NCBI GenBank assembly: GCA_001820095.1 | Contig: MHOO01000004.1 | Location: forward strand, 1,749 to 65,748 | Length of the DNA: 64,000 bases | Reading direction: 5' to 3' | Source: Candidatus Staskawiczbacteria bacterium RIFCSPHIGHO2_01_FULL_39_25 | Lineage (GTDB): Bacteria; Patescibacteriota; Minisyncoccia; Minisyncoccales; Staskawiczbacteraceae | Shown here: in pieces, positions 14,712 through 26,272 of the stretch | How positions within the stretch are numbered: position 1 is the first letter of the stretch | Layout: the number at the start of each line of letters is the position of its first letter | Made by a program: the position numbers and the translations under genes | Notes under the pieces: model-generated | What the model saw: only the letters and a program-made list of their open reading frames with translations | Databases searched by the model: none | What the model was told of the DNA's origin: nothing

Positions 14712-14765
14712 GGGGTGTGGGACGTGAACAGAATCAAGCTGGTTCGTGTTCGACCCCCACACCCC
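14712..14765. repeat. 54-nt 'empty' hairpin paralogous to the outer stem of 14438..14711
   Basis: GGGACGTGAACAGAATCAAG here matches GGGATTTGAACACAATCAAG (14446..14465). Closing helix GGGGTGTGGG / CCCACACCCC. Confidence 0.6.
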
Positions 14766-14823
14766 TTAACTTCGCCCATCGGCAAGAGGTCTAATAGTTT
14801 CGGTGGGTGAAGTTTATCGTACC

Positions 14824-15093
14824 ATGACTATTTTAGAAGCATCACAAATCATTTTTAACCTTACCGTTTCGTTTGCGGTAATTTTTGCAGGCATTTTACT
14901 GGGCGTATTGGCATTAGAAATGATTATCATTATCAAGGCCATGAGAATTCTTTTGAAAGAAGCAAGAATTCTTTTGAACGATTTTAAAAAAGAATCAACC
15001 CAATTATACGAAAAGTTACAGCATTTTCTAGAAAGCGTATCGTTATTGCCATTGATTAAAAAAGTTTTTAAAAGTAAAAAGAAAAATCAATAA
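14824..15093 (+). CDS. small membrane protein
   Basis: One or two TM helices (IIFNLTVSFAVIFAGILLGVLALEMIIII) and a charged C-terminus. I prefer the ATG at 14824 to the GTG at 14803. Confidence 0.5.
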   Translation: MTILEASQIIFNLTVSFAVIFAGILLGVLALEMIIIIKAMRILLKEARILLNDFKKESTQLYEKLQHFLESVSLLPLIKKVFKSKKKNQ

Positions 15094-15097
15094 TATT

Positions 15098-15406
15098 ATG
15101 CCAAAAGGCGATACATTAAAATTTTTGGAAGGGGCAGTTGCTGGTTTGGCGCTTGGCATTGCAGCCAGCATGTTTTTATCTTCAAAAACCGGCAAGGCGT
15201 TAAAGAAAGAGGTGAAAGATACTGCCGCGGATTTTTATGAATATATCGCACCCAAGTTAAAGAAGATAAAAAAAATGAGCGAGGCCGAGTATAAGGAATT
15301 CATGAGAATTTCAGCTCAAAAATACGGGGAACTGAAAAAACTTTCAGAAGATAAAATCAGTGAATTGGTACAAGAAGCCCAAAAATCGTGGCACCACTTT
15401 TTTTAG
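15098..15406 (+). CDS. YtxH-like general stress protein
   Basis: N-terminal G/A-rich TM segment (GAVAGLALGIAASMFL) followed by a K/E-rich helical tail, as in YtxH-domain proteins. Confidence 0.6.
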   Translation: MPKGDTLKFLEGAVAGLALGIAASMFLSSKTGKALKKEVKDTAADFYEYIAPKLKKIKKMSEAEYKEFMRISAQKYGELKKLSEDKISELVQEAQKSWHHFF

Positions 15407-15547
15407 AAATTTTTGTATAATACGTGCTTCTTATAGAGAAGTTGTTTTTTGTTTATGCTATAATAAGGCAATTATTACTATATAACTATCTAAGCAAAGG
15501 TATGTACTTGTTACCTGCTTTGCAGAAGTAATTATATTTTCAATAGC

Positions 15548-15979
15548 ATGGCATCAGTAGATGTAAATTACATGGCCGTAGTAGTTTCCGCTCTAGCTAA
15601 TATGGGCTTGGGTTCTTTATGGTATGGCCCGCTTTTTGGAAAACAGTGGATGGCATTGATGGGCATTACCCATGAAAGCATTAATGCCCAGAAGGTCAAA
15701 AACGAGATGTGGAAAGCATATGCCCTTGCCTTTGTAGGGTCGTTAGCTATGGCCTATGTATTGCATCATGTCATGGTATTGGCAAGTTCTTACTTTGGCA
15801 CTAACGGTATTCAAACGGGGCTCTCGTCTGCTTTCTGGAGCTGGCTTGGTTTTGTAGCTCCGGTAACCCTGGGGTCAGTTCTCTGGGAAGGCAAGCCATG
15901 GAAATTATGGTGGTTAATGAATAGTTATTATTTGCTGGCCCTTCTTATTATGGGAAGCATCATAGGGGCATGGATGTAG
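15548..15979 (+). CDS. DUF1761-like integral membrane protein
   Basis: Four TM helices and an N-terminal NMGLGSLWYGPLFGKQWM motif typical of that family, recalled from memory. Confidence 0.55.
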   Translation: MASVDVNYMAVVVSALANMGLGSLWYGPLFGKQWMALMGITHESINAQKVKNEMWKAYALAFVGSLAMAYVLHHVMVLASSYFGTNGIQTGLSSAFWSWLGFVAPVTLGSVLWEGKPWKLWWLMNSYYLLALLIMGSIIGAWM

Positions 15980-16004
15980 TTTAAAAAAACATTCAGCATT
16001 TTTG

Positions 16005-16031
16005 ACCCGAGGTTATCCCTCGGGTTTTTTG
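16005..16031 (+). terminator. intrinsic terminator
   Basis: ACCCGAGG-ttat-CCCTCGGGT followed by TTTTTT. Confidence 0.7.
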
Positions 16032-16065
16032 TTGACTTGCCTCGCAGAATTTATTAATCTTTAAT

Positions 16066-16240
16066 TACCTTGAATTACGAAATGCACTATTAAAAAACAG
16101 TTTTCGGGTCTTTTTCCCAAATTCGGGTCGAAAATCCGCAATAATTCCAAAACGTAGCTTGCTACGTTTTGGAATTCTATCACATTTTCGCCTTCCAAAT
16201 TTAGAAAAAATACCGCGAAAGCATTTCGTAATCCAAGGTA
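16066..16240. mobile_element. MITE-like palindromic element, copy M2 (175 bp)
   Basis: 20-bp TIRs TACCTTGAATTACGAAATGC / GCATTTCGTAATCCAAGGTA. The internal second-order palindrome carries the central hairpin CCAAAACGTAGC..GCTACGTTTTGG. Confidence 0.7.
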
Positions 16241-16279
16241 AATAGTTCCTTTTTGTACCTTAACAAATGGAGTTGTAGT

Positions 16280-16969
16280 ATGAATGAAACGGATATTTTA
16301 GTCATATCGGACATCCATTTGGGGTCTGACATCTGCAATGCAAAGATGTTATTAGAAACTCTGCAGAGCTACGAGTACCGGAAACTAATTATTGTGGGGG
16401 ATTTATTCCAAGACGGAGGGGTTCTGAACGATGAGCATTTTGAGGTAATTAAGTATCTGCGCGCCTATCGGGAAAAGATAAAATGCATTGACGGGAACCA
16501 CGATCCGGTGGAAGAAAGCTTGGTGAATGGAGTTATTGGCATCCACGTGGTTAAAAAATACCATTGGGAAATGAATGGCAAAAAACTCTGCGCCATGCAC
16601 GGCCACCAATTTGACAAATGGTGCTTTATTTTCAGCGAGCCTTTCATAGATCGTTTTTTCCTGAATTTTATGTGGCTTTTGAAAATGGTAACTATTAAGG
16701 GCTGGAGCTTGGCAAGCTGGTTTGAAAGCTTCCACAACGAATTTTCCCGGCGCCTTGCCGACCGGGCGATAAAATATGCCCGGAAAAAGAACATAGATAT
16801 GATAATCTGCGGCCACACCCATCAGCCGGTGCATGTGAAGTTTCGCGGCAAGAAATCAGAGGTTGATTACTTTAATTGCGGCGCTTGGGTGGAAAACATG
16901 TGTTCGTTTATTACCATAGATAAGGATTGCAATATCCAACTTCATTTAGTCAGCTGCTCCGCATCTTAA
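16280..16969 (+). CDS. calcineurin-like metallophosphoesterase (LpxH-like fold)
   Basis: SDIHLG, GDLFQD, GNHD, HGHQFD and GHTH motifs occur in the canonical order. ATG at 16280 preferred. Confidence 0.75.
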   Translation: MNETDILVISDIHLGSDICNAKMLLETLQSYEYRKLIIVGDLFQDGGVLNDEHFEVIKYLRAYREKIKCIDGNHDPVEESLVNGVIGIHVVKKYHWEMNGKKLCAMHGHQFDKWCFIFSEPFIDRFFLNFMWLLKMVTIKGWSLASWFESFHNEFSRRLADRAIKYARKKNIDMIICGHTHQPVHVKFRGKKSEVDYFNCGAWVENMCSFITIDKDCNIQLHLVSCSAS

Positions 16970-17119
16970 TCCACTAATGGTAACGAATCAAAAACGAATG
17001 GCAACGAAAATATTCGTTGGTATTTGTAGGATAAGAGTCTGCAACTTCGGTTACAGACTTTTTTGTTTTATCTAGGAAAGCATGTATAATGATGTAACTT
17101 ATATGATGATCTAATTTAT

Positions 17120-18985
17120 ATGCAAAAAAATATTATATACCCAAAAGTAACTATTTTTGATGTATTCAAGGCTTTTTGGAAAGGGATGAGGCCCCAAGCT
17201 GGATGGGTGTATTTTTTAATATTTTCTATTATTGCCGCTAATGTCGCTTCGGTCATTGTGCCCATTTTTTATAAGCGGTTTTTTGATGTTATCGTCCAAA
17301 GCGGCAGCAAAGATCTCGTTGCGCGGCAGTTACTGCTTATTATTTTCTCCATTGCTTTTTTCAATTTCCTCAACTGGCTTTTTTACCGTTTTGCTACGCT
17401 GGCAAATATCAAGTACCAGATGAGCACCATTGCCAGGCTCAAGCAGCAGGCCTATGAATACGTCCTGGGGCATTCATATTCTTTTTTTACGAATAATTTT
17501 GTTGGTTCTTTGGTCCAGAAGGTAAACCGTTTCGCAAGGGCATTTGAAAGGTTATCTGATAACGTAGTCTGGAACGTGCTTCCTTTAGCGGTCAAGCTCA
17601 CTACCATATTTATCGTGGTATGGTTCATTAACGCTGCCATGGCCATGGTTATTATGGTATGGGCATGCGTATTTCTAATTTTCAATATAGTATTCTCAAA
17701 CTGGAAATTAAAGTACGATATCCGGGTTGCCCGCGTAGACTCAAAAGCAACGGGGTATTTGGCTGATACGCTTACCAATCAAAACACCATTTCACTATTT
17801 AATAAATCATCGTACGAATCAGAGGGCTTTAAGAGCGTTACCAACGAACAGGCTAAATTGACGAGGTTTACCTGGGGCTTGGATGCCTTCATAGAAGGAG
17901 GGCAGCATTTTCTGGGGGCAGCCATAGAGCTCGCGCTGTTTTTATTTGCCTTAAGCTATTGGCAAAAGGGCGTCATATCGGTGGGTGTTTTCGTTTTGCT
18001 TTCAGCGTATATCGTAGACTTAATCCACCAGCTGTGGGGCTTTACCAGAATGGTGCGGGATACCTATCAAAGCTATGCTGATGCCAAAGAAATGGTGGAA
18101 ATAATGAAATTGCCCCATGAAATTGTTGACGTTCCCAATGCAGGTGAACTTAAGGTAGGCAAGGGCGAAATTGAATTTAGGGAATTGCATTTTAGTTTTA
18201 ACGAAACCAGAAAAGTATTGGAAAATGTGCAGGTAGCCATCAAACCGGGGGAACGGGTGGCGCTCATTGGCCCTTCCGGGGCAGGTAAAACCACGTTTGT
18301 CCGGCTTCTCTTAAGATTGTATGCGCCCACATCCGGCAAAATTTTAATTGACGGCCAGGATATTGCCAAAGTAACCCAGAGCAGTTTGCGCAATAATATT
18401 TCCATGGTGCCCCAAGACCCCGTTTTATTCCACCGCACCTTGGCCCAGAATATTGCGTATGGCAAACCTCGGGCATCAAAAAGTGAAATTGAAAAAGCCG
18501 CAAAGCTCGCCCACTGCGATGAGTTTATTAAAACACTTCCTTATGGGCTGGAAACTTTGGTAGGCGAGCGGGGCATTAAGCTTTCAGGAGGAGAACGTCA
18601 GCGGGTTGCCATTGCCCGGGCAATTTTAAAAAACGCGCCGATTTTAGTGCTAGATGAAGCAACGAGCAGTTTGGACTCTCACTCTGAAATGTTAATTCAG
18701 GATGCTTTAAATACCTTAATGGCTGGAAAAACTACGCTGGTTATTGCTCATCGGCTGTCCACTATCCAGAAAATGGATAGGATTATCGTTATAGATAACG
18801 GCAAGATCGTTGAAGAAGGTAGCCATAGCGCCTTACTGCAAAAAGAAAATAGCTTGTATCGCAAGCTTTGGACCTTGCAGGCAGGCGGGTTTTTGGCTAA
18901 TGACGAAGTTAGCCAAGAAGCAATTGAAGATACTGGAGAGGAATTGCCGGGCGAGAATAATGCAACGCCAAAAGAAATGGAATGA
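17120..18985 (+). CDS. ABC exporter, fused permease/ATPase (MsbA/ABCB-type)
   Basis: Six-TM N-domain, Walker A GPSGAGKTT, signature LSGGERQR and Walker B ILVLDEATSSLD. Confidence 0.9.
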   Translation: MQKNIIYPKVTIFDVFKAFWKGMRPQAGWVYFLIFSIIAANVASVIVPIFYKRFFDVIVQSGSKDLVARQLLLIIFSIAFFNFLNWLFYRFATLANIKYQMSTIARLKQQAYEYVLGHSYSFFTNNFVGSLVQKVNRFARAFERLSDNVVWNVLPLAVKLTTIFIVVWFINAAMAMVIMVWACVFLIFNIVFSNWKLKYDIRVARVDSKATGYLADTLTNQNTISLFNKSSYESEGFKSVTNEQAKLTRFTWGLDAFIEGGQHFLGAAIELALFLFALSYWQKGVISVGVFVLLSAYIVDLIHQLWGFTRMVRDTYQSYADAKEMVEIMKLPHEIVDVPNAGELKVGKGEIEFRELHFSFNETRKVLENVQVAIKPGERVALIGPSGAGKTTFVRLLLRLYAPTSGKILIDGQDIAKVTQSSLRNNISMVPQDPVLFHRTLAQNIAYGKPRASKSEIEKAAKLAHCDEFIKTLPYGLETLVGERGIKLSGGERQRVAIARAILKNAPILVLDEATSSLDSHSEMLIQDALNTLMAGKTTLVIAHRLSTIQKMDRIIVIDNGKIVEEGSHSALLQKENSLYRKLWTLQAGGFLANDEVSQEAIEDTGEELPGENNATPKEME

Positions 18986-19095
18986 AACGATGTAACTGCC
19001 GGAACGTTTTGACGTCATCTATAGTATATAGGATAGAAATATGAAAGGTTTAAAAGGTCGTTTTAATGTTAATTAATATTTAATGAAATAAAACT

Positions 19096-19785
19096 ATGAC
19101 TACAAATTTAAAAAGATATATCATTAGCGCGGGCGTCGTTGTATCTCTGGCAAGCGGAACATTGTTCTTGGGATTAGCCCAGGCAAATGATCAGCAAAAT
19201 CAAAATAACCAACCAAGCAATACACACCCAAAGCCCATGATTGTACAAATTGGCCCGGAAGGCAAAACACTATTGCGAGGAACGGTTAGCGCGGTTGCGG
19301 CTAGTTCCATTATCGTAAAAACGTGGGGCGGAGACTGGACGGTGAATATTGGATCTTCCACCCAATTAACGCCGGGAGGCTCAATGTCTCAGTTTAAGGT
19401 TGGGGACTTTGTAGGGGTCCAGGGTATGGCAAGCACAAGCGGTACCTTCCTTATTGATGCTACTCTCGTAAGAAATTGGACGGCTAAAGAAACCGAACAG
19501 AACAACAAGCAGGAAATAAATAAATTGATGAAAGAAGTAAGCCCAAGGAACTGGGAAGGAACGGCAAGCAATACGAATGCGGCTGGCACATCGTTTACGT
19601 TGACCATCGACGGAGTTGCCTATACGATTAATGTGGCTGCCAATGCAAAAGTGGTCAACAGAAGCTATTTTACCATTGGATTGGGAGATATTAAGAACGG
19701 GGACACCGTCAGGGTATGGGGGCCTTCTTCCAACAATACGATAACGGCGTATGTGGTCAGAGATGTATCAATTGCTCCTCAATAG
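19096..19785 (+). CDS. secreted protein with two repeated beta-rich modules (DUF5666-like)
   Basis: Signal/TM (IISAGVVVSLASGTLFLGLAQA), a Q/N-rich linker, and twice the pattern G.V.......I.V......V.....T. The family call is tentative. Confidence 0.45.
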   Translation: MTTNLKRYIISAGVVVSLASGTLFLGLAQANDQQNQNNQPSNTHPKPMIVQIGPEGKTLLRGTVSAVAASSIIVKTWGGDWTVNIGSSTQLTPGGSMSQFKVGDFVGVQGMASTSGTFLIDATLVRNWTAKETEQNNKQEINKLMKEVSPRNWEGTASNTNAAGTSFTLTIDGVAYTINVAANAKVVNRSYFTIGLGDIKNGDTVRVWGPSSNNTITAYVVRDVSIAPQ

Positions 19786-19801
19786 AGCAGATACCAGATA
19801 T

Positions 19802-19838
19802 AGCAAAAAAACAGGGGTTTGTCCCTGTTTTTTTTGCT
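19802..19838. terminator. bidirectional terminator hairpin
   Basis: AGCAAAAAAACAGGGG-tttg-TCCCTGTTTTTTTGCT. Confidence 0.7.
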
Positions 19839-19883
19839 ATATGGCAGGTTGATTTTATAGGTAAATTACGGTAAAATAGAAGA

Positions 19884-23281
<3,398 letters not shown>

Positions 23282-23299
23282 AAATCCATTCTATGGCCG

Positions 23300-23328
23300 T
23301 TGACAGATCGGTTGCCTTCAGCTATTAT
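23300..23328 (+). promoter_or_regulatory. candidate promoter TTGACA-17-TATTAT upstream of secE
   Basis: -35 at 23300..23305 and -10 at 23323..23328. The hairpin AAACGGCC-gaaa-GGCCGTTT (23343..23362) lies between it and the ATG. Confidence 0.45.
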
Positions 23329-23377
23329 ACAGATAGATACATAAACGGCCGAAAGGCCGTTTTAAAAAACTTAAATT

Positions 23378-23572
23378 ATGTTAACCATAGGAAAAGTAAA
23401 TATATTTTTTAAAGAGGTTTATGTGGAACTGAAAAAAACAAGCTGGCTTTCCCGCAATGAGGTTTTACGGTATACGTTGATTGTATTAGCGGCCACCTTG
23501 ATTGTGGCAGCAGTTTTAGGAGGATTAGACTTTTTATTCTCTGAAGCGTTAAGGTCATTTATCTTAAAGTGA
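23378..23572 (+). CDS. secE: preprotein translocase subunit SecE
   Basis: 64 aa with a single C-terminal TM helix. KEVYVELKKTSW motif. It sits immediately upstream of nusG. Confidence 0.85.
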   Translation: MLTIGKVNIFFKEVYVELKKTSWLSRNEVLRYTLIVLAATLIVAAVLGGLDFLFSEALRSFILK

Positions 23573-23671
23573 ACTAACGAATTCCCACGAATTGACAACG
23601 AATCCCCGCGAATCACGAATTCGCGATTCGTGAAAATTCGTTGAGGTATTCGTGGTAATTCGTCACATAAA
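23573..23671. repeat. word-type spacer: five CGAAT then five ATTCG, an imperfect inverted array
   Basis: CGAAT at 23578, 23588, 23599, 23609 and 23616. ATTCG at 23619, 23626, 23636, 23648 and 23658. The outer spacings are 10-12 nt. Confidence 0.75.
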
Positions 23672-24217
23672 ATGCCAAAACAAGTCATAGAACAAGAAAA
23701 AAATTGGTACGTAATCCATACCTATTCAGGCTATGAAGACGCTGTTGCAAAAAACCTTAAGCAGAGAATTGAGAGCTTGGGCATGGAAGGCAAGATTTTC
23801 AACGTGATCGTTCCAAAGGAGAAGAAAATCAAGATTAAAAATGGAAAAAGAAAAACTGTAGAGGAAAAGATTTATCCAGGATATGTGCTGGTGGAAATGA
23901 TCGTAGATGACGAATCGTGGTATGTGGTAAGAAATACTCCGCGGGTAACAGGATTCTTAGGGGCGGGAACTACGCCAATTCCGGTTTCGCAGAAAGATAT
24001 GGAGGATTTAATGAAAAGGATGGAAATGGGCGAGCCCGAATTCCAGATTGATTTTGAGATCGGTTCAGCGGTAAAAATAACCGATGGCCCATTTAAGGGT
24101 TTTGAGGGCAAAGTTTCTGAAGTTGATAAAGAACGGGGAAAAATCAAAGTGCTGGTCAATATGTTTGGCAGGGACACTCCCGTGGAATTGGATTCATTGC
24201 AAATTAAGAAAGTGTAA
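23672..24217 (+). CDS. nusG: transcription termination/antitermination factor NusG
   Basis: NGN start NWYVIHTYSGYE and a C-terminal KOW, ITDGPFKGFEGKVSEVD. Confidence 0.95.
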   Translation: MPKQVIEQEKNWYVIHTYSGYEDAVAKNLKQRIESLGMEGKIFNVIVPKEKKIKIKNGKRKTVEEKIYPGYVLVEMIVDDESWYVVRNTPRVTGFLGAGTTPIPVSQKDMEDLMKRMEMGEPEFQIDFEIGSAVKITDGPFKGFEGKVSEVDKERGKIKVLVNMFGRDTPVELDSLQIKKV

Positions 24218-24370
24218 TTTAAAAACCCAAATTCAAAATTTCAAATTAGAATCTAGAATCTGGTATCTTGAATCTAGAATAGAATAAAAGAATATTGAAT
24301 GCAAAACTTCACATTCTAAACTCAACATTCAATTCAAGCTACTAGATACTAAATTCAAAATTCATCGTTT
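24218..24370. repeat. word-type spacer built from AAATTCAAAAT / GAATCTAGAAT words
   Basis: Low-complexity, roughly inverted arrangement. Similar word sets occur at 13081..13120 and 31059..31200. Confidence 0.6.
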
Positions 24371-24796
24371 ATGGCTAAAGAAATAAAAGCAGTGGTAAAA
24401 ATTCAAATTCAGGCAGGCAAAGCAAATCCGGCGCCTCCCGTAGGGCCGGCGTTGGCCCAGCATGGCTTGAATATTGCCGAATTCTGCCAAAAATTCAACG
24501 AGGCGACCAAGGATAAAATCGGCTTTGTTATTCCGGCAGAGGTGACTATTTATAAAGATAGAAGTTACACATTCAAACTAAAAACTCCGTTGGCTTCAGA
24601 ATTATTGAAAAAAGCCGCGGGCATTGAAAAGGGTTCAGGCGAGCCGAATAAAAAAACCGTAGGAAAAGTTACCAAAACCCAGTTAAAAGAAATTGCAGAA
24701 AAGAAAATGGCGGATTTAAATACGACGGATGTTGAACAAGCCATGAAAATCATCGCCGGAACAGCAAAAAATATGGGCATCGAAGTAAAAAACTAG
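24371..24796 (+). CDS. rplK: 50S ribosomal protein L11
   Basis: [35 protein letters not shown] is canonical L11. Confidence 0.97.
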   Translation: MAKEIKAVVKIQIQAGKANPAPPVGPALAQHGLNIAEFCQKFNEATKDKIGFVIPAEVTIYKDRSYTFKLKTPLASELLKKAAGIEKGSGEPNKKTVGKVTKTQLKEIAEKKMADLNTTDVEQAMKIIAGTAKNMGIEVKN

Positions 24797-24814
24797 GTTT
24801 AAGCCTAGTTTTTT
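24787..24814 (+). terminator. terminator overlapping the rplK stop
   Basis: AAAAACTAGG-tttaag-CCTAGTTTTT followed by T. Confidence 0.6.
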
Positions 24815-24829
24815 ATTATGCCCATATTT

Positions 24830-25006
24830 TTTACAAAGGGGGTCGGGGAAATTGGGTATTTCCCCGTGAAGGAAACTACGAGCGAAGCGAGCATCAGAAA
24901 CCGTGGGTTTCTGAGGAGCGAAGCGACAAAAATTTCGGGGATAGAAATAAAAAACTAATATCAAGAAAGCCGCCAGGCACAATACTGCGCCTGGCGGCTT
25001 TTGTTT
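24830..25006 (+). ncRNA. candidate small structured transcript between two terminators
   Basis: Hairpins CGGGGAAAT-tgggt-ATTTCCCCG and TCAGAAACC-gtg-GGTTTCTGA, the second flanked by the direct repeat GAGCGAAGCGA. It ends in the strong terminator 24966..25006. Confidence 0.3.
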
Positions 25007-25055
25007 GCAATTTATTTTTAAACAAGTAAAATAGATGAATTAAATAGAAAAAAAT

Positions 25056-25664
25056 ATGTCAAAAGATGATGAAAAAGTACTGGTAGTTTCTGCAGATATT
25101 ATTTTTAAAGAAGGAAGATGGCAGGGACTGAAACAGGATAATTTAGATCATTATTTAGATCTTATACAAAATAATTATCAATTTAAAAGAAGGGGAGATG
25201 TTGAACAAGACCCCTCCTGGCAGCAGATCATTCCTTATATTGTTTTTAATTACCAAGATAAATACTTTCTTTATAAATACCTGCCAAAAGCAGGCGAACA
25301 GCGGTTGGTGGATACCTATCAGATTGGGGTAGGTGGTCATATTAATGAGATTGATACGAATGGTGCAAGCAATGTGTTGGAAGAAGGAATGATGCGCGAA
25401 TGGTCTGAAGAAGTTGAATATAAAGGGAATGTTTTAGAAAAAAAATTCATTGGCTTGTTGAATGACGATTCACGGCCAGTGGAAGCAGTACACTTGGGGT
25501 TAGTGTATAATTTTGTTGGCGACAGCCCAGAAATCTCCATAAAAGAAACGGAAAAAATGCAAGGCGAGCTAGTACTATTACAGGATATTGGTGAAAAAAT
25601 TAAAAAGAATGATGGAATTTGGATTAAATTAGTGCATAGAGACTATTTAAGCCGATTAAAATGA
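25056..25664 (+). CDS. hypothetical protein with a degenerate Nudix-box-like motif, first gene of the dTMP operon
   Basis: GGHI..(17)..REWSEEVEY resembles REUxEE. A 4-nt ATGA overlap joins it to tmk. Confidence 0.35.
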   Translation: MSKDDEKVLVVSADIIFKEGRWQGLKQDNLDHYLDLIQNNYQFKRRGDVEQDPSWQQIIPYIVFNYQDKYFLYKYLPKAGEQRLVDTYQIGVGGHINEIDTNGASNVLEEGMMREWSEEVEYKGNVLEKKFIGLLNDDSRPVEAVHLGLVYNFVGDSPEISIKETEKMQGELVLLQDIGEKIKKNDGIWIKLVHRDYLSRLK

Positions 25665-26272
25665 TCAAGAATGAATACCCGGGAAAATTTATCGTGGTTG
25701 AAGGATTAGACGGCTCGGGAAAGAGCTCGCAGGTTGATTTATTAGTAAATTTTTTAAAAGACAACGGAAAAGACGTAATTTTAACTAAAGAGCCGACCAC
25801 AGATTCCGATGCAGGCAGAACAATAAAGCAAGCGTTAAAAGGGGAAATAAAAATTGATCCATTAGAACTTCAAAAATTATATGTCCAGGATAGAAAAGAA
25901 CATTTAGATAATAAAGTTCTTCCGGCGTTACAACAGGGAAAGTTTGTAGTTTCCAGCCGGTATGCTTTTTCAACGTTTGCGTATGGATCTGCAGATGGAT
26001 TAGATATTAATGAATTGATAAAAATGAACGAAGATTTTTTATTGCCAGATGCAACCATCATCGTTGATGTATTGCCCGAGCACTGTATACAACGGATTGA
26101 AAGTAGGGGAGAACCAAAAGAATTATTTGAACAGGAGCAGAAACTTGCAAAAGTTAGCGAGGTTTATAAAAGACTTCCAGAAATGTTTAAGAATGTTTCA
26201 ATAGTAAACGGCGAAAAATCCATACCAGAAGTTTTTGAAGAAATTAAAAAATTAATTGAAAAAATAAAATGA
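25661..26272 (+). CDS. tmk: thymidylate kinase
   Basis: FIVVEGLDGSGKSSQ P-loop, a DRY-like SRYAFS segment and a typical length. Confidence 0.9.
   Translation: MIKNEYPGKFIVVEGLDGSGKSSQVDLLVNFLKDNGKDVILTKEPTTDSDAGRTIKQALKGEIKIDPLELQKLYVQDRKEHLDNKVLPALQQGKFVVSSRYAFSTFAYGSADGLDINELIKMNEDFLLPDATIIVDVLPEHCIQRIESRGEPKELFEQEQKLAKVSEVYKRLPEMFKNVSIVNGEKSIPEVFEEIKKLIEKIK

Noticed and set aside
12586-14765. A CRISPR array in the hairpin-rich noncoding regions.
   Set aside because: There is no regularly spaced identical direct repeat with unique spacers. The structures are independent inverted repeats of differing sequence and length. No cas genes are present.
24818-24958. A 46-aa plus-strand ORF (MPIFFTKGVGEIGYFPVKE...) after rplK, and the 88-aa minus ORF 24716..24982.
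   Set aside because: Both are translations of the hairpins and direct repeats of this segment. The plus ORF starts inside the rplK terminator T-run, and there is no supporting signal. The region is treated as a candidate RNA instead.
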